Below, one piece after another: positions 37,720 to 46,293 of a stretch of 64,000 nucleotides of DNA. Source of the stretch: Nitrososphaerota archaeon. Its GTDB lineage: Archaea; Thermoproteota; Nitrososphaeria_A; Caldarchaeales; Caldarchaeaceae. The notes under the pieces were generated by a model. The model was not told the DNA's origin. It was given only the letters and a program-made list of their open reading frames with translations, and did no database searches. Made by a program: the position numbers and the translations under genes. Numbering within the stretch: position 1 is the first letter of the stretch; each line of letters starts with the position of its first letter. The stretch spans positions 32,001-96,000 of the forward strand of contig JBEPYN010000001.1 of the NCBI GenBank assembly GCA_041641305.1, read 5' to 3'.

Positions 37720-38103
37720 ATGACGGATCTTGTTTCAGCTTTGTTCACAACTTTGCAGAACAACGAGATGGTCAGAAACCGAGAATGCATAGTCAAAGCA
37801 AGTAACTTGGTAGCAGAGATATTGAAGGTTCTTCAGAGAGCAGGATATGTCGGAGCCTTTGAATACATAGACAACGGCCGCGGAGGTCTGTTTAGGGTTC
37901 AGCTTTTGGGCAGGATAAACAGGTCTGCCCCCATACGGCCGAGGATGAGCGTCAAAGCGAACCATTTCGAGATGTTTGAGCAACGCTACCTACCTGGGAG
38001 AAACGTAGGCATGCTGGTTGTCACAACACCGAAGGGTGTCATGTCTCACGAAGAAGCTAAAAAGATGAAAACGGGAGGGAGGCTGCTGGGCTATGTCTAC
38101 TAA
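37720..38103 (+). CDS. rps8: 30S ribosomal protein S8
   Basis: LLGRIN, YLP, TTPKGVMSH, GGRLLGYVY. Confidence 0.96.
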   Translation: MTDLVSALFTTLQNNEMVRNRECIVKASNLVAEILKVLQRAGYVGAFEYIDNGRGGLFRVQLLGRINRSAPIRPRMSVKANHFEMFEQRYLPGRNVGMLVVTTPKGVMSHEEAKKMKTGGRLLGYVY

Positions 38104-38635
38104 GTTTCTGGAAGAAGAGTTCCAGATACCAGACAAAGTCAGGGTCCAGATGAGCGGGAATACTCTCGTCTTCGAGGGAGCCAAAGGCCGCGTCGCCAAG
38201 GATATAAGCCACATACCTGCGGATGTTAAAGTCGGGGATGGCAGGATTGTTTTCAAAGTTCCAGGAAAGTCTAGAAAAGCAAAAGCACTATTAGGAACGC
38301 TTGTCTCCATCGCGAGAAACGCGGTGACAGGTGTCACCAAAGGATACGTCTATAAAATGAAGGTCGTCTCGTCACACTTCCCGATAACTGTGAAAGTGGT
38401 GGGTAACGAGGTTCATATAACAAACTTCATAGGAGAAAAATATGTCCGTAGGGCTAAGATCGTTGGAGACGTGAAGGTGCAGGTGAAGGGTGACGAGATA
38501 GTGATAACGGGTGTCGATAAGGAGAGTGTTGGCCAGACAGCGGCAAACATCGAGAACGCTACACGCATACCGAGAAAAGACCCGCGAAAGTTTCTCGACG
38601 GAATATATGTGATGGAGAAGGCGGTTGGTGAGTAG
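38093..38635 (+). CDS. rpl6: 50S ribosomal protein L6
   Basis: GVTKG, HFP, NFIGE, GQTAANIE, DPRKFLDGIY. Confidence 0.96.
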   Translation: MSTKFLEEEFQIPDKVRVQMSGNTLVFEGAKGRVAKDISHIPADVKVGDGRIVFKVPGKSRKAKALLGTLVSIARNAVTGVTKGYVYKMKVVSSHFPITVKVVGNEVHITNFIGEKYVRRAKIVGDVKVQVKGDEIVITGVDKESVGQTAANIENATRIPRKDPRKFLDGIYVMEKAVGE

Positions 38636-39014
38636 TATGTTGCCCGCCAAGGTGTTGAGAAAAAGGAGAAAAACTCCCAAGTTTGTGCGGCAGGAGAGCT
38701 GGAGATACGTGCGGCTTGAGACAGGGTATAGGAGGCCACGTGGAAAAGACAGCCGTATGAGGCTTCAGAAAAGCGGTTCTCCGCCTCTGGCGAAAATCGG
38801 CTACGGGTCACCTAGAAAATATAGGGGCATTCACCCGTCTGGATTGCGTGACGTTCTCGTCACCACCGTTGCTGACTTGGAGAAGCTCTCGCCAGAGAGA
38901 GATGCTGTGAGGATTTCGGGGCGGCTTGGTCTCAAGAAGAAGCAGGAGATTTTTGAGGCGGCTCAGTCCCGCGGCTTCAAGGTTCTTAACCCGCCTGCTA
39001 AGCAGGGTGGTTGA
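38625..39014 (+). CDS. rpl32e: 50S ribosomal protein L32e
   Basis: F.RQESWRY, RRPRG.DS.MR, GIHPSG, VLNP. Confidence 0.96.
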   Translation: MVSSMLPAKVLRKRRKTPKFVRQESWRYVRLETGYRRPRGKDSRMRLQKSGSPPLAKIGYGSPRKYRGIHPSGLRDVLVTTVADLEKLSPERDAVRISGRLGLKKKQEIFEAAQSRGFKVLNPPAKQGG

Positions 39015-39457
39015 AGATGACGCTTGAGATGCAGAAAAGATTAGCCGCGGATTTGCTCAAATGCGGCGTGAGCCGTGTTAGGTTCGACCCAGAGAGGCTG
39101 GAGGACATCGAGTCAGCGATTACACGGGATGAAATAAGAGGTCTGATAAACGAAGGCGCGATATACAAGGTTCCTGAGAGAGGTGTCAGCAGGGCTCGTG
39201 TCGAGCGCGGTCGGAAAAGAGGAGAGGGGAGCAGAAAAGGCGGCAAACATTCTCTCGTGTCGAGAAAACGGATGTGGATCAACCGTGTCAGGGTGCAAAG
39301 ACGTTTCCTCAAGCAGCTGCGTGAGAAAAACGCGATAGACCCACACAGCTACAGGGTCCTTTATGCCTATGTGAAAGCAGGCAACTTTAAATCCGTCGCC
39401 TCCCTCCGCGGATTCATCAAAAACAAAGGACTGTTAAAGGAGGTGTCTAACAGGTGA
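39011..39457 (+). CDS. rpl19e: 50S ribosomal protein L19e
   Basis: QKRLAA, AITR, G.GSRKG, W.NRVR. Confidence 0.96.
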   Translation: MKMTLEMQKRLAADLLKCGVSRVRFDPERLEDIESAITRDEIRGLINEGAIYKVPERGVSRARVERGRKRGEGSRKGGKHSLVSRKRMWINRVRVQRRFLKQLREKNAIDPHSYRVLYAYVKAGNFKSVASLRGFIKNKGLLKEVSNR

Positions 39458-40029
39458 CGGTTTTGCAGAGGCTTAAGCCGAGAAGAAGACGTCAAGGACA
39501 CACCGACTATAGGAAACGTCTCAAACTTGTGAAGTCAAGGATTGAACGTCTCGTCATCAGGCGTGGATGCAGGAGAATAGTGGTTCAAATCGTAAAATCC
39601 AAGGCTGGTGGCGATGAAACACTCGTCACCGTCGGCTCAGAAGTTCTCAGAAAATACGGCTGGAAAGCGTCGCTTAAATCTGTTCCAGCCGCCTATTTAA
39701 CAGGCCTGCTCGCAGGAAGGAAAGCGCTTGAAAAGAATGTTGAGAAGGCGATTGTAGACATCGGTGTTTACCGGTCTGTAAAGGGGTCGAGGCTTTACGC
39801 AGTCGTTAAAGGCGCCTTAGACGCTGGTCTCGAAATCCCGGTAAGTGAAGAGGTTTTACCCAGCGACGAAAGAATTCATGGCAAACATATATCAGATTAT
39901 GTTGCAAAAATTGCTGACAACCCGGTAGGATACCAGTTCATCGCCTCGGACAGAGAATATCTACTCAAGCTCGGTGAAGAAGTTGAGAGAATTAAGCGGG
40001 AGATTTTAGGAGGTGGAGAAAATGAGTGA
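39454..40029 (+). CDS. rpl18: 50S ribosomal protein L18
   Basis: RRRR.G.TDYRKRL, PAAYLTG, GALDAGL. Confidence 0.96.
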   Translation: MTVLQRLKPRRRRQGHTDYRKRLKLVKSRIERLVIRRGCRRIVVQIVKSKAGGDETLVTVGSEVLRKYGWKASLKSVPAAYLTGLLAGRKALEKNVEKAIVDIGVYRSVKGSRLYAVVKGALDAGLEIPVSEEVLPSDERIHGKHISDYVAKIADNPVGYQFIASDREYLLKLGEEVERIKREILGGGENE

Positions 40030-40636
40030 ATGGGTTCCTCGAACACGTTTAGGCCGTCTTGTCCAAGAAGGTAAGATCAACTCGCTGGACCAAATTTTCC
40101 AGATGCATAGTAGGGTGCTTGAGCCGGAGATAGTTGACAGGCTGCTGCCCAACCTCGAGCAAGAGGTTATCGACGTCAAGCTTGTTCAAAGACAGACTGA
40201 CGCTGGAGAAAAAACTCGTTTCAAGGCTCTTGTCGTCGTCGGCAACAGAGACGGATACATAGGCATAGGCACCGGCAAATCGAGCCAAGTGGTCCTCGCC
40301 ATAGAGAAAGCCATTCGCAACGCGAAGCTCAACATTGTCCCCGTTGTGCGTGGATGCGGCAGCTGGGAATGCGCCTGCGGAGAGCCACACAGCCTCTTGG
40401 TCAAATCCGAAGGCAAGTATGGCAGCGTAAGAGTCCAGCTACTGCCCGCTCCAAGAGGCCTCGGCCTTGTGGCGGGCGAATCTCAGAAAGTTGTACTGGC
40501 TTTGGCGGGTGTAAAGGACTGTTGGACACGTAGCTTCGGCGAGACTAGGACATCTTTATCGGTCGTCGGCGCGGTCTACGAGGCCCTCAAACGCACAGCA
40601 GAAGCAGTGTTACCCAGTCTGTGGAGGACTGTCTGA
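40022..40636 (+). CDS. rps5: 30S ribosomal protein S5
   Basis: WVPRTRLGRLV, GCGSWEC, PAPRGLG. Confidence 0.96.
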   Translation: MSEWVPRTRLGRLVQEGKINSLDQIFQMHSRVLEPEIVDRLLPNLEQEVIDVKLVQRQTDAGEKTRFKALVVVGNRDGYIGIGTGKSSQVVLAIEKAIRNAKLNIVPVVRGCGSWECACGEPHSLLVKSEGKYGSVRVQLLPAPRGLGLVAGESQKVVLALAGVKDCWTRSFGETRTSLSVVGAVYEALKRTAEAVLPSLWRTV

Positions 40637-40638
40637 CC

Positions 40639-41049
40639 ATGGCCATAGTGGCGGTTGTGCGTATCAAAGGCCACGTAGGCACAGCGCCCGATGTCCGGAA
40701 AACTCTCGAATCGCTTAAACTGGATGAAGCATTCAAAGCCGCCCTGTTCAACGAGACCGACACCCTCGTGGGCATGTTGAAGAAGGCTCAGAGATACCTT
40801 ACATGGGGAAACCCAAACAAACAAACCATCCTAACCCTGTTGAAGAAAGCCGGAATCGATGGCGAAAACTTGGAGACACTAGCGGAAAAGCTGGCGAAAG
40901 GCGAGGAGAAACTCAGCCAACCAGTCTACGTATCTCTTCATCCACCGAGCCAAGGCTTCAAAAACACTGTCAAGAGAAGCTACCGATACAAAGGCGAATA
41001 CGGAGACAGAGGCGAAGCCATAAACGAACTAATACGGCGCATGGTTTAA
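40639..41049 (+). CDS. rpl30: 50S ribosomal protein L30
   Basis: AVVRIKG, LHPP..GF, G.YG.RG..INELI.RM; ATG at 40639. Confidence 0.94.
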   Translation: MAIVAVVRIKGHVGTAPDVRKTLESLKLDEAFKAALFNETDTLVGMLKKAQRYLTWGNPNKQTILTLLKKAGIDGENLETLAEKLAKGEEKLSQPVYVSLHPPSQGFKNTVKRSYRYKGEYGDRGEAINELIRRMV

Positions 41050-41113
41050 ACTGGAAACATTTAATAACAAACACGCCCACCGACACGGTGGAAAGAACAA
41101 CTGGTGAAAAAAT

Positions 41114-41527
41114 ATGCCGACGAGGTCTCGAAAAGTCAGGAAGCTCAGAGGCTCGCGGACACATGGATGGGGCCAGATAGGACAGCACAGAAAAACTGGA
41201 GCTAAGGGCGGCAGAGGAATGGCAGGAGGACACAAGCACAAGTGGACCAAGCTACTTGACAAAGACTATTTTGGAAAACACGGCTTCACACCAATCGTGA
41301 AACATGAGGAGAAGACAGCCAACCTCATTATAGTCTCGATGCTCGCTGAAAAAAGTGAAAACAACCTCGTAAACCTATCCGAAGCAGGCTACACTAAACT
41401 ACTCGGCGGTGGAAAAATAACCACACCTCTTACAATAGTTGTGGAGAAATGGAGTAAGAACGCCGAAGAAAAGGTGAAACAAGCAGGAGGAAACATAGTT
41501 AGGCCAGCAGAGCTGGTGCAGTCATGA
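41114..41527 (+). CDS. rpl15: 50S ribosomal protein L15
   Basis: RGSRTHGWG, GGRG.AG..KHKW, FGKHGF, KLLGGG. Confidence 0.96.
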   Translation: MPTRSRKVRKLRGSRTHGWGQIGQHRKTGAKGGRGMAGGHKHKWTKLLDKDYFGKHGFTPIVKHEEKTANLIIVSMLAEKSENNLVNLSEAGYTKLLGGGKITTPLTIVVEKWSKNAEEKVKQAGGNIVRPAELVQS

Positions 41528-42957
41528 GTGAAAAATCTGCAGCCCGCACATTCATAGAGAAAGTCTCGAAAATACTCCCCGAAATTAAGAAACCGGGAAG
41601 AAAGGTTGGGTTAGGGGAGAAGCTTGTCTGGACAGCTTTGGCTCTAATCATCTACATGTGGATGGGCCACACAATCCTATATGGTCTTCCGCATGGAACA
41701 CAGGTGGGCCAGAGCCCGGCTCTACTAAACGTAGTTTTTGCCCAGAAGACAGGCACGCTCATCACATTAGGAATAGGCCCTATAGTGACAGCTGGCCTCA
41801 TATTACAGCTTCTCGTCGGCGCGGAGCTAATCAAGCTAAACCTTAGCAAGCCCGAGGACAGGGGATTGTTCACATCAGCCAGCAAGCTGCTCGGCATCGT
41901 GATAGCGTTGTTTCAGAGCGCTGCATACGTTTACGCGGGCTTCTTCGGCCCAACCACGGCGTCCCAGAACATCGCGATATTCATCCAGCTGGTCGCCGCC
42001 ACAGTCCTCATCATGCTACTCGACGAGCTTGTCCAGAAAGGCTGGGGACTCGGAAGCGGAATAAGCCTCTTCATAGTCGCAGGAGTAGCCGAAGAAATCT
42101 TCGTAGCACTCTTCTCACCAATAATTTTACCAGACCAAGCCTACCAAGGAATAATACTCGCATCCATACAGGCAATATTTACCGGAAATCTTCCAGCGAT
42201 TCTGGTCCGTCAGGGAGGATATCCCGACTTGGTCGGCCTCTTCTCCACAATTTTCCTGGTTCTTGCGCTGATATACATCGAGGCTGTTCGTGTCGAGATC
42301 CCGATTTCATACGCAAAGTTTCAAGGATACAGGGCAAAGTACCCCGTCAAGCTTCTCTACGTCTCCAACGTGCCGATAATATTCGCCACAACAGTCTTCA
42401 GCAACATCTTCTACCTCGGCTCACTTATCTGGAGCCGCTTCAACCCCAACAACGATAACATCTTCCTCAACTTGATTGGCACCTATAGGTTTGACGAGCA
42501 GCTGGGAACAATCGTTTCAACTGGAGGGCTGGCTTATTATGTGATAGGCCCCCGGGGAATAGCCTCGGTACTCCAGGACCCAGTCAGGGCCGGTATTCAC
42601 GCGGGGCTGCTTATACTCTTCTCGGTATTGTTCGCAAAGTTTTGGGTGCAGGTCTCCGGACTTGCTCCTGACAAGGTTGCAGAGCAGCTTATTCAGGCTG
42701 GGATGCAGGTGCCGGGATTCAGGCGCTCTCCAGACGTCATCGCAGCCGTTATTGGCAAGTACATAGGGACGGTAACCATCCTCGGCGGTCTGGTCATAGG
42801 CCTAGTGGCGAGCGTCGCGGAGTACGTGGCGGTGTTCGGCTCAGGTATAGGGCTGCTACTTACAATCGGTATCCTCCAACAGTACTACCAGTTGCTTATG
42901 CGCGAGAGGATATCAGAAATGTATCCGGGATTGGGCAAGCTTCTCGGGAGGGAGTAA
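41524..42957 (+). CDS. secY: Preprotein translocase SecY
   Basis: LGIGPIVTAG, GSGISLFI, YPVKLLY.SN.P, PGFR, GSGIGLLL. Confidence 0.97.
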   Translation: MSEKSAARTFIEKVSKILPEIKKPGRKVGLGEKLVWTALALIIYMWMGHTILYGLPHGTQVGQSPALLNVVFAQKTGTLITLGIGPIVTAGLILQLLVGAELIKLNLSKPEDRGLFTSASKLLGIVIALFQSAAYVYAGFFGPTTASQNIAIFIQLVAATVLIMLLDELVQKGWGLGSGISLFIVAGVAEEIFVALFSPIILPDQAYQGIILASIQAIFTGNLPAILVRQGGYPDLVGLFSTIFLVLALIYIEAVRVEIPISYAKFQGYRAKYPVKLLYVSNVPIIFATTVFSNIFYLGSLIWSRFNPNNDNIFLNLIGTYRFDEQLGTIVSTGGLAYYVIGPRGIASVLQDPVRAGIHAGLLILFSVLFAKFWVQVSGLAPDKVAEQLIQAGMQVPGFRRSPDVIAAVIGKYIGTVTILGGLVIGLVASVAEYVAVFGSGIGLLLTIGILQQYYQLLMRERISEMYPGLGKLLGRE

Positions 42958-42959
42958 AA

Positions 42960-43502
42960 ATGTTCATCGACATGCTTCTGCTCTCTTCTATTGCCGCCGC
43001 AATCTCTGCAGCAACCACCGCTATAAGGAAAATCGTCTTTAAGAAAGAGGATTACGCGAAGATGGCGGAGATTCAGGCATTCAACCGCGAACTAATGACC
43101 GCAACACGGAAAAAAGACCAGAAAACAATCCAAAAACTTCAGAAAAAACAGGACTACATCAGGCAGCTGAACGCCGAAGTTACCAAGAAAAACATGGTAA
43201 CAATGTTCGCCAGCCTCCTAATCTTCTTCACAATATACCCGACTCTGGGAGGATTTTTTGGGACAGAGATGCTTGGATACATGCCAGCGGGGCTCGATAT
43301 CCCGTTTATCACAAACTCTGGTAAACTATTTTTCTACGGATGGTTTATTTTGTCGTTTTTCGGGGTAAGCTCACCCATAACAAAGGTATTTGGGCTGGGT
43401 TTAGCAGGAATGCCAGTGACAGGAGGTGGAGAGGATGAGAAGAAGGCTGAGGACAAGAAGCAGGAGGAGAAAGGCGGTAAGAACGCCGGGCGGAGTAAAT
43501 AG
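42960..43502 (+). CDS. EMC3/TMCO1 (DUF106) family membrane protein
   Basis: TM, coiled coil, TM layout with F.GWFIL motif; canonical position after secY. Confidence 0.85.
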   Translation: MFIDMLLLSSIAAAISAATTAIRKIVFKKEDYAKMAEIQAFNRELMTATRKKDQKTIQKLQKKQDYIRQLNAEVTKKNMVTMFASLLIFFTIYPTLGGFFGTEMLGYMPAGLDIPFITNSGKLFFYGWFILSFFGVSSPITKVFGLGLAGMPVTGGGEDEKKAEDKKQEEKGGKNAGRSK

Positions 43503-43695
43503 GCTACATTTCTTCGACGAGAGGCCAGGTCCAAAGAGATGCCGTTTCTGCGGAGGCGTGCTCAGCGGCGTGTCCACCGACCCACGGACACCCCATAGCA
43601 TGAAGACTGTTGAAAGAAGATACGGCGGAGAAATATGCCACCGATGCCTAGAGAAATCTATCCTCGCCTCCGCCGTCGCAGAGTGGGGACTTTGA
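43435..43695 (+). CDS. rpl34e: 50S ribosomal protein L34e
   Basis: VRTPGG, CRFCG..L.GV, R.YGG..CHRC; ATG 43435 after GGAGGTG. Confidence 0.93.
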   Translation: MRRRLRTRSRRRKAVRTPGGVNRLHFFDERPGPKRCRFCGGVLSGVSTDPRTPHSMKTVERRYGGEICHRCLEKSILASAVAEWGL

Positions 43696-44260
43696 AAAAA
43701 TTTTCCGCAGCATGGACAATAACCTCGACAACCTGCTTCGGGCTAAGCCTTGAAGTGTCAACAATAAGATGGAAAGGAGAATAGTCGCGTCCTATCCTTA
43801 TCCCATAAAGCCGTTCATAAATTTTTGAGCTTTTTATGTCACGGCTCCTCAGCAGACGGGAGGCCTCTTTCACAGATATCCTACTGCGTTTAGCCATTCT
43901 CTCAGCCCTACTTCTCGGGTCAGCCGTCAACCAAACCTTGAACGCCCTGCCCCTGTAGAGCCAGGGCATAACCCAGGAATCAACCACTATACCGCCTCTC
44001 CTACACATCTCCAAAAGTTTCTCGTCGACTTTCTTGTCGAAGCTCGGATCACGGCCCCTCAGCTTAAGAAACTCAAGACCTTTACTTGTCTCCCACCAAC
44101 CAGGTCCACCGGGCCTATACCCCATCTCCGCGGCCAGAGCCTTAAGAGCGTCACCACCCGAAACATACTTAAGCCCAAGCCGTTTAGCTACCATTTTTCC
44201 CACAGTCGATTTCCCTACGGCGGCGAACCCGGCTAGACAAATAACTGGTTTATCAGCCAT
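43658..44260 (-). CDS. cmk: Cytidylate kinase
   Basis: GFAAVGKST, YVSGGD, DKKVDE, YGI; located in the L34e-L14e cluster. Confidence 0.88.
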   Translation of the reverse strand: MADKPVICLAGFAAVGKSTVGKMVAKRLGLKYVSGGDALKALAAEMGYRPGGPGWWETSKGLEFLKLRGRDPSFDKKVDEKLLEMCRRGGIVVDSWVMPWLYRGRAFKVWLTADPRSRAERMAKRSRISVKEASRLLRSRDIKSSKIYERLYGIRIGRDYSPFHLIVDTSRLSPKQVVEVIVHAAENFFKVPTLRRRRRG

Positions 44261-44323
44261 AGCAGCACCCGGCCCCCGCTGAATTTATGTATAAAAATCG
44301 TTGGAGCACATGTTATAACGGCC

Positions 44324-44641
44324 ATGGTTGATGAATCGCTTATTGGACGCGTGGTGGTAAAGACGCGGGGTAGGGATGCTGGGCTAAAGGGAGTCATCGT
44401 CTCGGTTTACGGCGACGGGTTCGTTCTCGTCACGGGCCCCAAACCTCTCACGGGAATGAGGAGAAGACGAGTGAACGCTTTACACATTATTCCAACACCT
44501 CACAAAATATCCATAGCCAGAGACGCATCAGACGAGGAAGTGATGAAAGCCATAAAGGAAGCCGGAATAGAAAAATACATGGTTGAACCACATGGGGTCA
44601 GTCAATCCGCCTTGGAAGCGGAGCTACGAAGTACTCATTAA
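44324..44641 (+). CDS. rpl14e: 50S ribosomal protein L14e
   Basis: GRVVVKTRGRDAG, VTGPK.LTG.RRRRVN..H. Confidence 0.95.
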   Translation: MVDESLIGRVVVKTRGRDAGLKGVIVSVYGDGFVLVTGPKPLTGMRRRRVNALHIIPTPHKISIARDASDEEVMKAIKEAGIEKYMVEPHGVSQSALEAELRSTH

Positions 44642-45616
44642 ACGCGAAGCGGAAACAGACCCGCGTTATGGCAAGCCCCCAGAAAAGAGAAGCATAGAAG
44701 AACTCCTAAACCTCGGCATAATCAACCTCGATAAACAGCGAGGGCCCACGAGCCACGAAGTAGCATACCTAGCTAAGAAGATCATAGGCGTGGAACAGGC
44801 CGGACACGGCGGGACCCTAGAGCAATGTGGGGAAATCCCGCCGTCTCCGGTGTTCTACCGCTTCTCCTGAACGATGCGACTAAGGTTTCACATGTATTCA
44901 TGCATGGGGGCAAGGAGTATGTGGGGTTGATGGAGCTCCACGGCGACGCATCCGACGAAAAACTTCAGGAGGCCTTCAAGATATTCACAGGAGATGTTTA
45001 TCAAGTTCCTCCGGTGAGGGCCTCTGTCGCGAGAAGGCCGCGGATAAGACGTGTCTACTATTTTGACATGCTTGAGAGAGACGGCCGCCTCGTCCTCTTC
45101 AAAATAGGATGCTCGGGCGGAACATATGTCAGAAAAATCTGCCACGACCTAGGCCTCTACCTAGGAGTTGGAGCCCATATGGAGGAGCTGAGAAGAACGA
45201 GAGCCGGCCCCCTAGAGGAAAAAAATTCGGTGACACTTTTACAGGTTTACGAAGCCTTCGAAAAATACAGGGAAACAGGAGACGAGGAGGCTGTCCGCAA
45301 AATCGTTCTACCGTTAGAAAACGGTCTGGAGCTTTTGCCCAAGGTCTACGTCCTCGACACAGCAGTCGACGCAATATGCCATGGAGCCGACCTCATGGCT
45401 GCCGGGGTCTCGATGGTTGATTCCGATGTTGCCGTAGACTGCGAGGTGGCTGTGATGACTTTGAAGAACGAGCTTGTGGCCCTTGGGAAAGCGGCTATGG
45501 ATGCACAGTCAATCCTCGAAGCATCCGAGGGAATGGCCGTCGACGTAACAAGAGTAATAATGCACAGGTCCACATATCCACCGGTTTGGAAAGGAGGACT
45601 ACAACGCGTAGGTTAA
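44592..45616 (+). CDS. cbf5: H/ACA pseudouridine synthase Cbf5, two exons (44592-44820 and 44835-45616)
   Basis: Exon 1 has DKQRGPTSHEV and GHGGTL; exon 2 has P.VSGVLP, Q.PPVR, GTYVRK, ELRRTR and a PUA domain; removing 14 nt gives GTLDP. Confidence 0.93.
44821..44834 (+). other. 14-nt archaeal pre-mRNA intron (bulge-helix-bulge) in cbf5
   Basis: Outer helix ACGGCGGGA/TCCCGCCGT, central helix CCCT/GGGG, bulges AG^A and AA^A; splicing yields CTA GAT CCC. Confidence 0.9.
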
Positions 45617-45649
45617 ACCTAATACACCCCGTTCCAGAGGGTTAATGTA

Positions 45650-45735
45650 GCCGGGGTCCCTCAGCCAGGTAGAGGGCAGGCCTGGAGAGCCTGTGGCCTT
45701 CGCGGGCCGCGTGGGTTCAAATCCCACCCCCGGCG
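45650..45735 (+). tRNA. tRNA-Ser(GGA)
   Basis: Acceptor GCCGGGG/CCCCGGC, anticodon arm CAGGC-CTGGAGA-GCCTG, long variable arm, GTTCAAATC, discriminator G; CCA not encoded. Confidence 0.96.
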
Positions 45736-45770
45736 GCTATGAAGAAGTCTATGCTAGTCTATGTTATTGC

Positions 45771-45780
45771 TTTATTTTTT
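45771..45780 (+). terminator. Possible oligo-T terminator after tRNA-Ser
   Basis: TTTATTTTTT about 35 nt downstream of the tRNA. Confidence 0.4.
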
Positions 45781-45807
45781 CGAGTTGATGTTGGGAAATT
45801 TTTTTAG

Positions 45808-45819
45808 GCTTATATAAGC
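45808..45819 (+). promoter_or_regulatory. TATA box of the CBS gene (probably leaderless), within a perfect palindrome
   Basis: GCTTATATAAGC about 25-30 nt before ATG 45841. Confidence 0.55.
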
Positions 45820-45840
45820 GGCGACAGCTGTGTATATTGA

Positions 45841-46227
45841 ATGTTGCTTAAGCGGCTTGTGAGAAGAGGGCCCATAACGATTGATTCTTCTGCGACACTT
45901 TTTGATGTTGTCAAGATTATGGCTGAGCAGAATATTGGGTTTATTGTTGTTTTGGAGAATGGGCGGATGGTTGGGGTTTTGTCTGAACGGGATGTGGTGC
46001 GGACTTTGGCTGAGCGTAGAGATTTTGATGTTAAGGTTGGTGAGATTTGCAAACGAGACATCATAACACTCTCAGCCAACGCGTCGATAGATGATGCTGC
46101 CGAGGAGATGGGGCGGCATAGGATAAGACACATAGTTGTGGTCGATGACGCAGGCAAGCTCGTGGGAGTTGTTTCGGCAAGAGACGTGCTTCAAGAGCTT
46201 TACGCCCAAGAAAGCGGAGCAGACTGA
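45841..46227 (+). CDS. Tandem CBS-domain protein
   Basis: VGVLSERD, IRHIVVVD..GKLVGVVSARD. Confidence 0.92.
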   Translation: MLLKRLVRRGPITIDSSATLFDVVKIMAEQNIGFIVVLENGRMVGVLSERDVVRTLAERRDFDVKVGEICKRDIITLSANASIDDAAEEMGRHRIRHIVVVDDAGKLVGVVSARDVLQELYAQESGAD

Positions 46228-46293
46228 TTCCATACTTGGCTTAGACCGAGGACAGGGAGCCTTCACTTTCTCTAATTTTTTGGGTGGAAAAGC

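Noticed and set aside
44815-44840. cbf5 break as a pseudogene or programmed frameshift
   Set aside because: A frameshift would leave extra residues and no catalytic Asp; precise BHB excision restores GTLDP
45627-45645. GTTCCAGAGG resembling an ORB half-site; also CTGGAAAC near 41051
   Set aside because: Isolated partial matches with no repeat array or AT-rich unwinding element, and far from cdc6
45746-45763. AGTCTATG direct repeat downstream of tRNA-Ser
   Set aside because: Only two 8-nt copies; not a CRISPR array or a meaningful repeat
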